Assembly (NCBI GenBank): GCA_043228905.1 | Contig: JBHGNT010000004.1 | Coordinates: 16,306,001-16,370,000, forward strand | Length of the DNA: 64,000 bases | Direction: 5' to 3' | DNA from: Azolla caroliniana | Lineage: Eukaryota; Plantae; Polypodiophyta | Shown: positions 61,144-64,000 of the stretch, in pieces | Layout: each line of letters begins with the position of its first letter | Numbering within the stretch: the stretch's first letter is position 1 | Translations under genes and position numbers: made by a program | The notes under the pieces: generated by a model | Seen by the model: the letters and a program-made list of their open reading frames with translations, nothing else | Told to the model about the DNA's origin: nothing | The model's database searches: none

Positions 61144-64000
61144 CGCGGCCTTTCTTGTAATTAAGGCAAAGTTGTTTAACTTGATATATATTGTGAGAAC
61201 CTACCCTTTTAGAATATCGTTCTTACATATTTATCAATCATAACCCTCCTATGAGATGTAGCATACAACAAATCTTTACCCTGACATATTTTTCAAAATG
61301 TTGTTGCAAACATCTCCTTAAGAAAGTAACTTCTATTTTTTATGTTTTCCTTTTCATATATTTTATTAGTTGAAACTTAATTATAAGGAATTTGACCACC
61401 TAAACATTCCATGGTAGAACCTCAAACTCTATAAGAGGTATGCTCATTTGCAAACAACTTCATTAACTTTTGTACATATGTTGAACTACAGATGTGTAGT
61501 AAAATATGAGAACTCATTTGACATTTATTTCTAGTAGTAAAAACAAAGTAAATGCATGTCATTATTTTTTCTAGAATATACGAATAAAAGGTTTCATTTT
61601 GAGCCTTTGCCATAACAACAACATTCACCTCTAGGACTAGTGCAAAGTTTTTAGGTAGTGAAGTGGTTTTTGCTTATCCACTTTTATGTGTTTTATTTTG
61701 TATAGGTGTATCTATTTTCTAGGACAAATGTATCTAAAATAAAAAAGGGGGTTTAATTCAATGTTTCGCCCACCCAACTATCATAGTTCATCTACAACTC
61801 AAAAACTTGAAATGCACAATTGACAAGCTTTATCATCAGTGTACTCTTATAGATATGGATAGGTTTTTGTTAGGTTTGCAACATATTCTTAAAACTTCCA
61901 CCCAGATATAGATCTGTTTTATCTAAATGATTTTTTCACTTGTATGTGTGTTAGTGTGTGCATGTTCAATGTTTGTACGTATTTGGATTACATGTTTGTG
62001 TGCACATGCACTTTCATTTATAAGATTTGTTACTCATATTTGTAATTTTAGTTATGATTTTTGGATACATATTTATTTGTTGTATATTGGTTTCTTGATT
62101 GCCATTTCTTATTATAATGACAATGATTACCCGATAAAGTTACAAAGCCATATTATCGATAATGTAATGACCATGCTTCAAAACAATATTATCAATTGTG
62201 CATAGTTATAAATGATTGAAACATCATGATTTCAAAAGGGCCACATGTATATAATTCTGCCTAGAATGTTATATGAAACTATGATTGAGTGAGCATTGTA
62301 TTAATAATGAGTTAATCATTTCAATGATTTCTTTTAATGCAAACAAATTGCTAAAAGAAGTATAAAATATTCACATCCAAGCTAAGGTATAACCATATTT
62401 GGTGCTATTAAAGGGTTTTGCAATTCAAAATATAAAAGATTAACTTTATTCTTGCTGAAAATATAACAAGTGGAGAACTTGAATGATAAAAAGTGGTATA
62501 CTTTGTCTTACACAATCACCATCAAAACTATACCTATCTTTTAAAAGTCATACATGATGACGGATTTGAGTTGTTTCTATGCAATGGAATGGATACATCA
62601 TACTCATTGCTTATTGTTTTTTTAGTTTCCAAAATGGTACTCATTACTTACTTTCTATTTCTTTTTGTGGGATGTATAAGAAAAATATTCATTTGTACTC
62701 ATTAAATAGTTTTATTTGAGCTACTTGTAAAATAGTTTTATTCACATTACTCATAGCATACTAAAAGAACTGTGCAAAAAGTGGTTGGTGATAATACATG
62801 AAGGCATTCAAAGATTCACTTGTTTTGTTGTCAAGACAATGTATCCATAATTAAAGGCATGAAGTACTTTGCCCGGTCAATAATTAAAACTACTCTCATT
62901 GAGTATGTATTTTACATGGATGCACGAATGCAAGTAAAGTTTTCCATGTCTTTTTACTATGATGTCCAGTAGTCGAAACCATTTCTTTGCTCCTTGATTG
63001 ATTCAAGCGAATGTATAATGTTGGTTCCCATCTATATGGTTATACTACATTCGTTTAAAAGGAATTTTGGTGTAGCCCATTTCTAGCGAATAGCTTGTTC
63101 TTACAAATGGGATTAAAGCACCATGTACTAATGAGGTTTGCAAAGGGGTGAGATTTGACAACTAGTTATCTTCCATGTTTGCTTTTGTAGATAGATTGGC
63201 ATGGGGTAATCACTCTAAGAATGACAAGTTGTAAGCTTTAAAACTACCTTGATAGACCTTGATTTGCATATATTGCTTTCATTCGGTTCAATCAATGTCT
63301 ATCATGGTACTAATAAAGGCTACCACATGACAAATCGTTTTAGGTGAGTGAATGTACACGATTATGACCATAACATTTGGATTATGAAAAACTACAATGT
63401 TTTTTACCATTTTGTGTATGACTTTATATTTCACATGCTCGTGCAAGAATGCCAAGGATATCTAGTTGTAGGACTGATCCAAAATTAGCATATATGGGAA
63501 CAATGAAAAAGATACATGAATAGGAGGTATATACAAGTAGAGTTTTGTGGAGTGACATCAAATTACATACATGCCCAACTTTTCTTCATCATATAATATT
63601 AGGATAAAAGATCTAGTCAAACCATATTAGAATATATGAAAGGGGGGTTATAACTCAATCTTCAACACAAATGCCCACAAGCTAATAACCCAATCATTTT
63701 TTACCCTTACTAATCGGGGAACAATTTCTCAAGCAACAATTTCTCCCTCTATTTTTGTTGTTTCAGTGTCCGAATTAAGTCAATAGAGTTGGTTTTCTTT
63801 TTTGTTTTTCTTGAGGTAAATGAGACCAACTTATACTATGTTGGATAGGGCTCTTTAATTGTAGTGGAAAAAGTTTGGCCTTGGGTAGGTAGGTGCACCT
63901 TGGCGTTATTATATATATGTCTACACGCCTCCTTAAATATATATGCCTCCTTATATATGCATATATCTATATAACATTCATAGATGGATGAATAGTTTCT

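Overview
This is plant nuclear DNA. The PLS-PPR style and the LTR families suggest a fern or another seed-free plant (inference). There are two paralogous minus-strand PLS-E class PPR genes (7485-10169 and 20958-23264, likely organellar RNA-editing specificity factors) plus a degenerate third PPR remnant. They sit in a deep nest of decayed LTR retrotransposons: chromoviral Ty3/gypsy, tRNA-Trp-primed non-chromoviral Ty3/gypsy with 4-bp TSDs, and several Ty1/copia families. Also present are a LINE remnant, a spliced coiled-coil/RING-H2 pseudogene and an orphan CCT-beta exon. The most striking unexplained pattern is that five distinct Ty3/gypsy LTR families each carry a tRNA-like RNA polymerase III A-box/B-box module in U3. 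It always lies antisense to the element and points out of the LTR 5' end, and one family has two tandem copies resembling tRNA-Pro. Other highlights are a Tf1-style 11-nt self-priming site, a gag+protease-only non-autonomous element, two same-family copia insertions 45 bp apart, and PPR paralogs whose RNA-recognition codes differ by one PLS triplet. All calls were made by eye, and some boundaries are approximate.
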